A stretch of 64,000 bases of DNA from Geosiphon pyriformis uo1. Its lineage: Eukaryota > Fungi > Glomeromycota. The position numbers and the translations under genes are program-made. The stretch lies in assembly GCA_016748015.1 (NCBI GenBank), contig JAAOMT010000222.1:3924-67923 (forward strand), given 5' to 3'. The notes beneath the pieces were generated by a model. It was not told the DNA's origin. It ran no database searches and worked only from the letters and a program-made list of their open reading frames with translations. Shown here piece by piece: positions 1 to 12,300 of the stretch. Position 1 is the first letter of the stretch. Each line of letters opens with the position of its first letter.

Positions 1-2066
1 AAAGGAATCAATGTCAGAGGAGGAATAATCGATGCTGGATATACTGGAGACATAACAGTGATGCTTCAAAATGAGACTGACAAACCATTCAAGATCAAAC
101 ATGCTGAAAAAATTGCCCAAGCTATTTACCTAACCTTAATCAACATTTCGGGTTTGCAACTAGTCAATCAAAAAGAACAATTAGGAAAAAGCGATAGAGG
201 AACCCAAGGTTTTGGTTCAACTGGACGATTCACAGTTCCAGTTAATATAGCTCTTAACACACAGAACGAATCCCACCAGATTTTCAGACTTCCACAACCA
301 ATTACCATCTCACCCTTTGGAGAACATCTGGAAATTTACACTTGCACAAAGCCAACAACCACACAACAAATTTTTGAATCCAATGAACAAGTCTGCTTGG
401 AACATAATATTTTGATCCCAAACATTTATATTCCAGAAGGAACAAAAAAAGTCCGAGTTACTTTTTACAACCCCAATAATTACCCCATAATTTTATTAAA
501 TAATTTAGAAATTAGAGTTATTCACAGTAATATATTTCAACAAGAATTATCTCAAACAGTTCCCGATTTCTCTGAAATTATTGGACATTCACTACTGAAA
601 ATCAACCCAAACCCTAGCTCTGAAAACTACCATGTTGTCATGGAAAAACTATCTCGAATCAACATGGGACAACTTGAACTACAACAACAGACCCAGCTCA
701 AAGAACTAATTGCAGAATTTGCTGATATTTTCGCCAAAAACAACAATGACTTAGGAAGAACTGATTTGGTTCAACACCAAATCTATATAGGAGATGCCAA
801 ACCCAGGCGACAACAAGCCTACCAAGTTGCTCCAGAAAGTCACCAATTTATCTGAGAAGAAGTACAATGAATGCTTAACAATGGGCTTATTCAACCATCA
901 ATGAGCCTATGGGCCTCATCTGTGGTTCTAGTTAAAAAAAAAATGGAAAGATACAATTTTGTGTTGATTACCGACAACTCAACAGTGTCACCATTGGGGA
1001 TGCCTATCCTCTTCCCCGAATTGATGACATGTTAGATGCCCTTGAAAAGTCCAAATACTTTTCAACATTAAATTTAGAGAGTGGATACTGGCAAGTTGCT
1101 ATGGATTCCAAAGACTGCCCCAAAACAGTATTCACCACTCAAAGAGGAAATTATGAGTTCAATGTAATGCCTTTCGGATTATGCAATGCACCAGCAACAT
1201 TCCAAAGACTCATGGATGTTGTTTACAAAGGCCTCCTTTGGAAATCAGTAGTAGTTTATCTTGATAACACTGATGTTTATTTACCATCTTTCGAGCTACA
1301 TTTAATTCATCTATGAGAAGTTTTTCAACAATTACGGAAAACAGGATTGAAACTGAACATTGAAAAATGCTACTTCGGAAAAACAAGTTTAGCTTTTCTT
1401 GGTCACATTGTTAGCAAAGATGGAATTAAACCAGACCCTGGAAAAATCAGTACTGTCAAAAACTTCAAAACTCCACGAAATACCACAGAATTAAGAAAAT
1501 TTATTGGATTAGCATCCTATTACCGAAAATTCATCAAAGAATTCTCAGAAATTGCAAAACCCCTCAACCAGCTCACTACAAAAAATGTCGAATACAAATG
1601 GACAAAAGAACACCAAAATGCCTTCGAGATACTCAAGGAAAAACTTACAACAGCCCCAATCCTCACCTACCCAGACTTCAGCAACCGATTCCGGTTAGCA
1701 ACTGATGCTTTTTATACTGCCTTTGGTGCCATCCTATCACAGTTAGATGACAATAGAAATGAGCGAGTAATTGCTTATGCTAGTAGAACATTAAAGCCAG
1801 CCAAAAAGAACTACCCCACAACAGAATTAGAAACCGCAGCAGTAATCTGGGCCCTACATCACTTCAACCTTTACCTCAGACTCAAAGAATTCGATATTAT
1901 TACTGATAATATTGGACTTAAATGACTTCAAAACAAAAACACCCAGCTGAACACAAAACAAACCCGATGGACAGAATTTTTAGCTAATTACTAATACATC
2001 ATATACCACAAACCAGGAAAACTCCACACCAATGTTGATTGTCTCTCAAGGATGAGGCAAGATTAG
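1..2066 (+). pseudogene. pol: pol fragment (dUTPase, linker, RT, RNase H) with premature stops
   Basis: ORFs 58-855, 1029-1316 and 1347-1925 are broken by TGA/TAA at Arg, Trp and Gln positions. The frame ends LSRMRQD-TAG at 2064-2066. Confidence 0.9.
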
Positions 2067-2114
2067 AAACAAAACCAACACCCATTTGAATTAACAGCAT
2101 CAAAACAACAAACA

Positions 2115-2301
2115 ATGAACCCCGAAAACTACAACAATCTTAAACAATATTTGAAGACATTAACAATCCCAACAGATTGGTCCCCAGATGAAAAACATCA
2201 GTTATAACAACAAGCCAAACAATATTTTCTACACAACAATATTATCTATCATCGAAATTTCAAAAACCCAACCAAACCACTCAGATTAATACAAGAACAG
2301 G
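2115..2301 (+). pseudogene. integrase ORF N-terminus (MNPENYNNLKQYLKTL...)
   Basis: Fresh ATG after the RNase H stop. Homologous to the N-termini preceding the HHCC zinc finger in A, B and C. Confidence 0.75.
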
Positions 2302-2321
2302 NNNNNNNNNNNNNNNNNNNN
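2302..2321. other. assembly gap (20 N)
   Basis: Run of 20 n. Confidence 1.
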
Positions 2322-2649
2322 TACAAGTTATTTCGCTGAACTATTGATTAATTTGGGTGAACTATTCATAATTTTGGCGAATTTCTATAAATTTCGGCGA
2401 ATTTCTTATAAATTTCAGCAAATTTCTGTAAATTTCGGCAAATTTTTGAATGTTACAAAGTTCAGAGTATTGTGTAATTTGATCATCCTACTTTTTGTTA
2501 TACTAATTGGATTATTTAATTGAATCGTGATATGTGATAATTGATTAAATAATAAATGATAATTTGAAATGATATTAATATACTAATTAATTATAGGAAT
2601 TATAAGAGTAATTTCATGCTAATTAATAGCTAAAATTCTACTGGTAACA
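2322..2649 (-). repeat. 3' LTR of A (partial)
   Basis: Near-identical to 11279-11565. Terminus reads ...CTACTGGTAACA on +. Confidence 0.95.
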
Positions 2650-3336
2650 TAATCTCCTTCTTAAGACTGAACTCTGTCGAAATCCAAGCACTATCTGTAA
2701 TATTGAGATAGTAATCCAAAATAATTGAAGTAATCTGGTCTGAAAATTGTTGAAATTTCAGTTCTGTGAATTTGCCAATGTATTGGACTTTCATTGGTTG
2801 CAGTTTAGATTTTGTAAAACATTTTCACAAGTATTAAACAAATCATAGAGTCTAAAAGCTGCTCTAAGTTTGTAGTAAGTGTTTGTTAGTCCAGCTGCTG
2901 TTTTGAATTCATTATGAATTTGTTTTTGTATAGCTTCAGATGTGTAATTTGTTGTTTCAAGTTCCAGTTTTCGTTCATAAAGTGTCTTTCCAATGTGAAA
3001 ATATTTATAGATAGGGGTGTGTTCATTGTTTTGTTTATTAAAAAGTAGTAGAAGTTTTTGTTGCATTGTAGCATTTGGTGGAATGTCAATAGGGGCAATT
3101 AAAAGATTTTCTTCCAGTGCTTGCTTCAAAAGTCTTGGTAACCTATTTTCAGAGTGACTTCTTGTTTTTTTTCTATAGGGGTGATAGTTCTGTAAATGAT
3201 TTACTACTGGGACTGTGGTTTTTTTCTAAATGTAATTAATTTGACTTCCATTAATTATTATGAATAAGTCAGGAAGTGTTTTCAAGACTAACATTAACTT
3301 TTGGAATATTTGTTGAATATTTCAGGGAATAATCAT
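2630..3336 (-). pseudogene. accessory ORF3 of A (stops, one frameshift), running into the 3' LTR
   Basis: ORF 2791-3129 (YFHIGKTLYERKLEL...YKLRAAFRLYDLF) is homologous to the 225-aa ORF at 29183-29860. Confidence 0.85.
2650..2665 (-). promoter_or_regulatory. polypurine tract of A
   Basis: Minus strand CTTAAGAAGGAGATTA directly before the TGTTAC of the 3' LTR. Confidence 0.7.
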
Positions 3337-3479
3337 GATGAAATTAACTAATTATGAAAAGGGAGAATGAAAAAAATTATTTTTGGATATGAGGTTTTTA
3401 TTTGTTTTTGGGTTTGGATGTTTTTGTAATTATTTATTATTTTTTGTCTTTGTGTTTTTATTAAAAAATTATTGTAAAT

Positions 3480-4865
3480 TTAAGTGTTCAAGTTTGGTTG
3501 TTGTTCTATTATAATTATTGATTCTAAATTTCGGAAAATATCTTCAGGATAAATTAAAGGGGAATGTGTACCAATTTGTGGAATTAATGTTTCAGGATTG
3601 TTTTTGGAATGATAGTGTTTCAATCTGTCTCCATGTGCAACTTTTGCTAGTATTTTATCATCAAGTCTTAACTTGTATGATCCATTGTCTAGAATTTCGT
3701 GAATATAAAATAGTCCATCCCATTTGTTTTCAAATTTTTCATTCCATTGTTTTTCAGTCTTAGTTCTGTGTAAGAAAACTTTATTTTCAACTTTAAATTC
3801 GTTGATAATGGGTGGTAATTTGTTGTCATGTTTTTCTTTTTGTTGAGCTTGGGAATGTTCAATGTGAGTTGCTGCTATCCTTCTTTTTTCTTCCAGTATA
3901 CTGAAAAGAGTGTAGGTCCTTCTTTGGAGTGTTTCTTGAAAGTTTTCTTCATTGATTGGTTGCATTGAATATGTTTCTACTGTAAAATTAATTGATAATA
4001 TTGCTGTTCTTCCATAAGTTAAATCAAATGGTGTGTGTTTCATAGTATCTTGTTTTAGTGTTCTGTATGCTAGTAACACTGATGAAATAAAGATATCCCA
4101 TTTCTGCTCAAAGTCTGTTGAGACTTTGGCTAAAGATTCACATAATGTTCTGTTGAAATGTTCTACAAGTCTATTTGTTTGAGGGTGATAGGGTGATGAT
4201 AAAAGTCTTTTGACATTGAATTGTTTACAAATTTCTTGTATCAAGTTGTTCACAAAATGTGTTCCTTGATCAGATAAGAGTTCAATTGGGCATTCATGTT
4301 TACAGATAATGTCTTCATAGATAAAATTTGCTACTGATTTTGCATCTGCTCTTTGGATGGCTCTAGCTTTAGGCCATTTGGTAAGATAATCTACTGCAAC
4401 TGCAATATAACGATTTCCTTGGGTTGTAATAGGTAATGGTCTGACTAAATCAATTCCAACTCTGTCAAAAGATTGTCCAACTTTGATTGGATTTAAAGGT
4501 TCTGTGGAGCAAGTTTCTCCTCTTTTTTGACAACTATTACAAGATTCTACATATTGTCAAATGTCTTTTTGCATGTGAGGCCAAAAATAATGTTTAAGAG
4601 TTCTTTGAATTGTTCTATCTCTTTCCAAGTATGCTGAAGAAGGATCTGTGTACATGTTGTATAGAATTGTTTCTTTTTCATTTTCCTGTACTAATCTGAG
4701 TGGTTGGTTTGGGTTTTTATGATTTTTGTAATAAATTTTGTTGTGATGTATAAAATATTGTTTGGATTGGTATTGTAATCGATGTTTTTTACTTGGAGAC
4801 CAATTTTCTGGCATGGTAAGAGTCTCCAAATAGTTTTTGATGTTGTTGTAGTTTTTTGGATTTAT
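3480..4865 (-). pseudogene. integrase of A (HHCC, DDE core, GPY/F region; no chromodomain)
   Basis: SCNSCQK, GIDLV, SDQGTHF, SPYHPQTNRLVE and KWDGLF...GSYKL. Confidence 0.92.
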
Positions 4866-4932
4866 TGTTGTTGATTTTGTTGTTTGTTTTGCTATTAAGT
4901 TTGTTGGTGTTTTGTTGGTGTTGATGTTGGTA

Positions 4933-7900
4933 TTAATATTGTCTCATTCTTGAGAGGCTATCAACATTGGTGTGTAGTTTTCCTGGTTTGTGATGTACAA
5001 TATATCTGTAGTCTGCTAGGAAGTTATTCCATCGAGACTGTTTAGCACTTTGTTTAGTTTTCTTTTTATCAAGCCATTTAAGGCCAATATTGTCAGTTAT
5101 TATGTCAAATTTTTTTCCATTCTTCAGGTATTGTTGAAAGTGTTTGAGAGCCCAGATGATTGCAGTGGCTTCCAATTCAGTTGAGCCATATTTGAGTTCT
5201 GTTGGCTTGAGTGTTCTGCTGGCATTGACGATAACTTGTTCCTGGCCATTTTTATTCAATTGTGATAAAATGGCACCAAATGCTATGTGTGAAGCATCAG
5301 TGGCTAATTGGAATCATTTGTTGAAGTCTGGGTAAGCAAGAACTGGGGCTGTTGTCAATTTTGTTTTGAGAGTTTCAAAAGCTTTTTGTTGTTCTTCAGT
5401 TTATTTGTATGGTACGTTTTTGTTGGTAAGATAATTAAATAGTTTGGCAATTTCTGAGAATTTTTTTATAAATTTTTGATAGTAAGAGGCTAATTCTACA
5501 AATTCTTGTAGTTCTGTGGTATTTCTGAAAGTTTGAAAGTTTTTGACAGCACTAATTGTTCTAGGATTTGGTTTGACTCCATATTTGCTAACAATGTGTC
5601 TAAAGAAGATTAAGTTTGTTTTTTCAAAGTGACATTTTTCAATGTTTAACTTCAATTCTGCTTTCCATAATCGTTGAAAAACTTCTTACAGGTGGATAAA
5701 ATGAGTCTTAAAGCTTGGTAAGTATACATCAGTGTCATCAAAATAGACAACTACTGATTGCCACAAGAGTCCTTCATATACAACATCCATGAGTTGCTGG
5801 AATGTTGCTGGTGCATTGCAGAGTCTAAAAGGCATAACATTCAACTCATAGTTTCCTCCCTGGGTGGTAAATGCTGTTTTGGGTCGGTTTTTTGGGTTCA
5901 TTTCGACTTGCCAGTATTCATTTTTCAAGTCTAAAGTTGAGAAGAACTTGGCTTTTCTTAGAGCATCTAACATGTTATTAATTCTTGGAAGAGGGTAGAC
6001 ATCTTCAATTGTCACACTGTTCAATTGGCAATAGTCAACACAAAATCTGATTTTTCCATTTTTCTTTTTAACAAAAACTACTGGTAAGGCCCAAGGACTT
6101 CTTGATGGTTGAATCAATCTGTTATTGAGCATTTTCTGGACTTCTTCTCTAATGAATTGGTGGCTGACAGGTGGCACTCTGTAAGCTTGCTGACGTTTTG
6201 GTAAAGTATCTCCTGTATGGATATGATGTTAAACCATATTCGTTTTTCCCAGGTTATTGTTGTCTTTTGCAAATATATCTGCAAATTCAGCTATCAATTG
6301 TTTCAATTGTCTTTGTTGTTGAGGTTCTAAGGGACCTATGTTGATTCGAGAGAGTTTTTCTTCCAAAAAGTGGTAGTTTTCAGTAGTGAGAATAATATTT
6401 GGATTTGGGAGTAGAGTGTGCCTTACAATTTCGATGAAATTAGAGACAATTTGAGGGTTTTTATCTTGAAAAATATTGCTGTGTATGATTCTAATCTCTA
6501 GTTTGTTTAATAAGACAATAGGGTAATTATTGGGGTTGTAGAATATAACTCAAAATTTTTTCATTCCTTTGGGAATATAAACGTTTGGAATTGAGATTTC
6601 ATGCTTTAAACAGATTTGTTTATTGGATTCAAAGATTTGTTGTGTAGTGGTGAGTTTTGAGCAAGTGTAAATTTCGTGATGTTCTCCAAAAGGTGAAATG
6701 GTAATTGGCTGGAGAAGTTAAAGAATCTGGTAAAATTTATTTTGTGTATTAAGAGCTATGTTTACTGGAACTGTAAATCATCCAGTTGAACCAAAACCTT
6801 GAGTTTCTCTTTCACTTTTTTCCAATTGTTCTCTGTTGTTAACTGATTGTAAACCCAAAATATTGATTAAGGGTAGGTAAATTGCTTGAGCAATTTTTTC
6901 AGCATGTTCAATTTTGAATGATTTGTTTGTTTTATTCTGCAATATAATGGTAATGTCTCCAGTGTATCCTGCATTTATAACTCCTTCTTTAACATTGATT
7001 CCTTTGCTTGCCAATGATGATCTGGGCGCAATTTAAACCATTGCTCCAGGTGGAATTTCAAGAGCAATTTTGAGATTAATTTTTGTCAAAGACTTTGGTT
7101 GGAGAACCAAAGTATCTTTTCCTGGGTATCTTAAGTCATATCCAGCATCAATTTCATGTACTTTTTCTGGTCTGATTCCTTGGCCATGGTTGTCGAAATA
7201 TTTAAGTTGTAGAGGTGGTTGCTTTTCAAGAAGATAGATGAGAGTAGTTGGTAGTTCTTCTACTAGTTCAGATACTCCAAATTCGATTTCATTTTCATCA
7301 TTTTCCTCTGGCAGGAGAATGCTAAGAACATAGTATTCTGAAGACCATTTGTCATCACAAGACATAATGCATTCTTCACACAATTGAATATTCATTTGCT
7401 CTAATTGTTGAATTTAAGCTTCTTGAGTTGGGTATGTGTGGCTTGCAATTTGGTGATAGGTTTCTACTTCATCTTCAAAATCAAATCCAGCTAATTCTAT
7501 GGTATATTTAATGTATTCAGTTTCTTTCATTTGGTGGACATCTTCTTGGGTGGCTCCATTGATCAATGTCATTGCTAGGTCAAAAATTATTTCAGCATCA
7601 TGAGGATAGTAGTAAAGTTTATTGAAAGCACTGTTGTATGCTGCATCAAATGGTGTTCTCCTTCTGACTTTTTCCGAAATTGATAGAGCATATTGACAGG
7701 TTTGATTACATACTCCTTTTTTTATTGCAACATCAATCCAATTGCATTCTTTTGATAACATATCTCCAGATATAAGACAAGATGTGTTGTCCCATTTTCT
7801 ACTTCTTTTTGGAAATCCAATTCATTCTCTATAATATGCTTTGCAAAAGTAACAGGTACGAATTTCATATTCCTCTTCTGGAGAAATACATGCTCCCATT

Positions 7901-10552
7901 GATGAAAGTTTCTTGTTGCAATCTTTGCATTTAAGTAGAATATAGGGTGGTTGTTTCCGTGGTTTTGGAGTAAAATATCTAACTTTCTTCCATCCTCTTG
8001 ATTCTTCAAAAATCTCTTGTTCTGTTTTCTCAGACCAGTTGGATGTTGATCCAAGTGCCATGTAGGTTTCAATAAGTGGCATTTTTTTTTCCTCTTCAAA
8101 TTCAAATACTGGGGCTTTTTCTGATTGTTTGTTGAAAATACTACAAATAGCAGGTACTATAGTGTGTTGTCCTTGGTATAAGATTTTTAGTTCTTGAGTT
8201 TCCCAATCTAAGTTTGCATTGGCTTTAAGAAGCCAATTATTTTTGACCAGAGCTTGGTATTGGGGTGCATCCATGACTAGCACTTTGACTGGAATGATGA
8301 TTTCATTAATAGTGAATGGGAAATTGTCAATTTCTCCTACTGGTGTTTTTTTTATACTATCTGCTATAACAATTACAGTTTGGGCTGGTCTGTCAACAGT
8401 TCTTTGAAGCTGCTGCATTAACTGGTAAGTGATAATACTTCCAGCTAATCCACTGTCTAGAATTAATCGGATGGGTTTTCCTTCTACTGTAGCTTTAGTG
8501 TACATAGCAGTGATAGCTTTTTGTTCATTAGCTGCTGCATTACTAAGCAAGAATGGTGATTCATTTGCTTCAAATTCGAATGGAAATATATCTAAGAGGT
8601 TGGTATTTTGAGCAATTTGAGCTGGTGGAATGATATGATTGGAAGGGTTTGTTCTTGGTACTGCAGCTTTACCTTCAGAAAGTGCAGTTTGTTGAAAATT
8701 TGATTCTTCAGTCATTGTTAAATAACTGGGTTGAGTGTAAAAATAATTTGGTCTTTGTTGACCAGAATTTCGAAGAACTAATTGGTTATTTGAGTTGATC
8801 CTATTGTTATTATTCTGAAATTGACTTTGAGATGTGAATTGGTTATGTTGAACCAATTTTCTGGCTGGTACTTGATATTGTTGAGGGGATTGTGTCTGAT
8901 ATTGCTGAATTGGTAAAGGTTGCTGATATTGTTGCTGTATTGGTTGTGAAGCTGGTTGATAGTAATTGTTTTGATTTTGGGGTCTTGGTGAATAATAAGT
9001 TGGTGGTGGAGGTTGGTAATAAGATTGTTGTGGTGAAGAATAATGTTGATTACTCTTATTTTGTTGATCTCTTTGTAATTTTCTACAATTTCGTTTCTAG
9101 TGTCTTGGAATTTCACAATAATGACAATTTTGAGGTTGGTTGTTGGAAGGTAATCTAAAATTGTTTTGGTTGTATCATTGTGGGGGTTGATATCTTTGTG
9201 GTTGTTGTTGCTGTTGTTGGTTTGTGAAGTAGCTTTCAACCTTCTTTGTGAGTTGGTCTATCTTCTTTTCAGCTGTTGAACTGGTTTCTCCAATAGCTAG
9301 GTTGACAAGTTTGGTGTGGTTTGCTTTTTCCATAGCCATTTCATAGTTCTTTATATGTCTGATGACAGTTGCTAAGTCTGTGGAGCATGTGGGCAGACTT
9401 TCTTAATCAGTTTGTCTTTTAAACCTGTTATAAACTGGTCTAGAATCTGAGCATCAGAATAATAATTATTGGTTTCCAATTGTCAAATCCATTGAAGAAG
9501 TTTGTTGAATCTTTCAAGATAAATCATGATAGTTTCAGATGTTTCTTGTTTGATATTGTAAAAGTGATTGTGGAAAGTAATAGAGGTGTTGTTGTTAGTG
9601 AATTGTTGTAAGAAAGCATCTTTAAATGCTTGCCAGTTTTTAAATAGTTCTTTTAAGTTTTCAAACCATTCTCCTGCAGTTCCTTGAAGAAAATATAGAA
9701 TTGTTTTGAGCATTCTTGCTACAATCCAACCATTTGCATCTCCTGCTTTTTGAACTTTGTCAAGCTATTCTTGAAAACTGGTATCATTATCTTCACCAGT
9801 AAATTCTGAAATCTTTGCAATATAAGCAGTTGCCATTTTTTCTTCATTTTCTGTAGTTTTTTTTTGTTCTGATTCAGTTTCTTTACTTTCCAGACTCTCT
9901 GAATGATTACTTTTATTTTCTTGTAAGTAATCAATGATATTGGCACTTGTTAATATTGGTTCTTGCTGTTGAGTAGAATTTCTAGGTAACTGATAATCTT
10001 CTGGTCTAGAGAAATGTTTAAGTAGTGAATTTGGTGTTTGTGGTTAAACAAGTGAAATTGGAAATGGTGTAATAGAAAGTGGTAATTTGACATTGGTTCT
10101 TTGTTCAGGTGTTTGCAAGTGTTTGGCAGTTGTTTTTTGTAGTATTGAAGTATTTGGAGTGGTTCTTGCATATTGTTTCAATTTTTGTTTGCCTTTGTTG
10201 CTTGTTTCTGTTTTTGATTCAAAATCAATAGAGTATTGAGACTACACTGGATATGTTTCTTTACAGTACTTAATAATGTTAAAATTAAGTTCTTGAAAGT
10301 AAGTGGCAAGTGTTTTACTGTTAAGGTCTTCAGTTCTCAACTGTGAATAGTGCACTAAATTATTGTAAAGATTGCTTCTAACTTCTGAGATGTTGTAATT
10401 CCAAAAAAATAATTGTTAATGCGGTTTTCAATGTATTGGTATACTGATTTCTTGATAACTTCAATTCCGTCTGGGATGTTGAATCTTTGCTTGCAGTGGG
10501 TGTAAATTGACTGGTAATACTCTAGAGTTGTTGTATCTGGTGTGGTCACCAC
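4933..10552 (-). pseudogene. gag-pol of A: capsid, CCHC knuckle, Q-rich tract, aspartic protease, Cys-rich domain, dUTPase, RT, RNase H
   Basis: FLQGTAGEWF capsid, CHYC..H...C knuckle near 9120, LILDSG protease, DAGYDL/GFGSTG dUTPase, FCVDY/YFDD RT, ELEATAIIWALKHF RNase H. Confidence 0.93.
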
Positions 10553-10580
10553 TTTGAAGTTGTTTTTGCTGTGTTGTTTT

Positions 10581-10597
10581 TGTGAGAGAGTACCAAA
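10581..10597 (-). promoter_or_regulatory. primer-binding site of A
   Basis: TT-TGGTACTCTCTCACA follows the 5' LTR. It is a variant of the TGGTGCTCTC seen in B, C and E, complementary to a tRNA ending GAGAGCACCA. The elongator Met or Ile type is plausible but unverified. Confidence 0.8.
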
Positions 10598-11565
10598 TGT
10601 TACTGGAGGTTTTTGGTCTCTTTTTTTAAATGTTGTAAATATCTGTTGGTTGCAAATTTATGTTTTCTAGAAGTAGTTGAACCTTCAGTAACTGAATTTA
10701 TTTTCAAATTATCTTCTATAATTTAAACTGCTGGGCTTATAAGTGGAATGGCCAATTTCTTGCCAGTTACTTTATGTAGTTACATTGTAGTAAATGTCAA
10801 CTCTTTCCCAGAAATTGCTCATCTGAAAGCTCACTAAAATGTGTAGTTACTTTGCTGTAAAAGTCAACTCTTCTACAAGAATCTCGTCTGTAGGCTACCC
10901 TAATGATTATAATAAAAAAATAAAAGAAAAGTAAAAAAAATGTAAAAGAAATTGAATTCTGTTAAGGGAAACGTTTTCTATCCAGGCCTGAAGTCACTAA
11001 CAGTTTACTGAAATTGGTAGCTAATCAATTTCAAAATGTTAATTGGGTTTTGGGGATTTTCCAAGTGCGATAATTAAAGAATTTGGTTTTTCGAATTATT
11101 TGATATTTATTTCTTTTTTGTGTGTAGAAATGGTTCTAAGTGATAAATCTAAAGTAAGATAAATTTTCTTGAAGAGAAAAGCTCTTTTTTTATACAACTT
11201 GTTGTAGTACTAGTCTATAGACTTGCACTTTTTCTTTTTGCTCAAATTTTGGCGAACTAAAGATACATTTTGATGGACTACAAGTTATTTTGCTGAACTA
11301 TTGATTAATTTGGGTGAACTATTCATAATTTCGGCGAATTTCTATAAATTTCGGCGAATTTTTAAATGTTACAAAGTTCAGAGTATTGTGTAATTTGATC
11401 ATCCTACTTTTTGTTATACTAATTGGATTATTTAATTGAATCGTGATATGTGATAATTGATTAAATAATAAATGATAATTTGAAATGATATTAATATACT
11501 AATTAATTATAGGAATTATAAGGGTAATTTCATGCTAATTAATAGCTAAAATTCTACTGGTAACA
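10598..11565 (-). repeat. 5' LTR of A (968 bp)
   Basis: TGTTAC...GTAACA termini. Homologous to the C-type LTRs. Confidence 0.95.
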
Positions 11566-12300
11566 ATGTAAATAATTTTGAAAAAATCTTTATTTTCTGA
11601 AAATTTAATAAAATATTTTATATAACTTTTATATTTAAAAAAATTATATTGAAAATATTGAATTTGGTTAAGTTAAACAAAATAAACATAAACAATAATC
11701 TTAAAAAAATCTGTAAATAATTATATTTATTAAGCTGTAATAATCAAAAATTTTTTAATAAAAACATTTAAAATAACTGTATATATTGTGTTATCTGAAT
11801 TTAAAAAATTAAGTTAATTAAAATACAATTAATAAGTTTCTAATAAAAAACATTAGTAAAATTTAATAATTATAATTAAACTAATTTTTTAGCATTTAAG
11901 TAATTTATTTTTATTAAAAAAAAATACAATTTAAAAAATAAAAGTTAATATTAACAAAGTTTTATAAGAATTTAAAAATATGTATAAAATAAAATTTTAT
12001 ACTTTATTAATAAAAATAACAGTTTATAATCTGTATAATTTTTTAAAAATAATTAGTAGAAAATCTTATATAATCAATTATTATCTAATTATATATATAC
12101 AAATTAAATACACTATAATATATATTAAATTTAAAGTTAGCATAATATTAGTTTTAATTGTATTTCTAATTTTTAAAAACTTATTTTAAAATAAACAAGA
12201 TTGAATTTGTTTTTTTGTTTTATATATAAAAAATTTGGTTATATTTATTTTGTGTATTTCATTAATACTTTTTTAATTTCTATAACTAAGCTTAATTTTT
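11566..12300 (+). mobile_element. extremely AT-decayed LINE ORF1 relic (G); may extend further right
   Basis: Translation NNNLKK...AVIIK...VLSEFKKI..IKIQLI...FYTLLIKITVYNL...RKSYIIN aligns to LINE D ORF1 NDDLRK...EVIVKE...FSKFGKIVSIKVQLI...LYTLPVGTNAHD...GKTCYIS. Confidence 0.75.

Larger units (their letters stand above)
1..2301 (+). mobile_element. Ty3/Gypsy LTR retrotransposon internal fragment (element Z, same family as C): dUTPase-RT-RNase H-start of integrase
   Basis: dUTPase motifs GGIIDAGYTGD and RGTQGFGSTG. RT motifs FCVDYRQLN, VMPFGLCNAPATFQ and YLDN (decayed YxDD). RNase H motifs LATDA, VIAYASR and ELETAA. Near-identical to 31200-33510 on the minus strand. Cut by the window edge and the N gap. 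Confidence 0.95.
2322..11565 (-). mobile_element. Ty3/Gypsy LTR retrotransposon A (near full length, decayed; 3' LTR cut by gap)
   Basis: Matching LTRs at 10598-11565 and 2322-2649, PBS and PPT present, domain order gag-PR-dUTPase-RT-RH-IN. Confidence 0.95.

Noticed and set aside
2064-2117. Programmed stop-codon readthrough joining RNase H and integrase
   Set aside because: In frame in Z and C but +1 in A and B, and C has a second stop in the spacer. Not supported as a general mechanism.
1-2649. Z and A as one rearranged or inverted element
   Set aside because: They are separated by an N gap of unknown true size, and Z is closer in sequence to C than to A.
3480-3620. Chromodomain at the integrase C-terminus
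   Set aside because: Only a short tail follows the GPY/F region, with no aromatic-cage motif.
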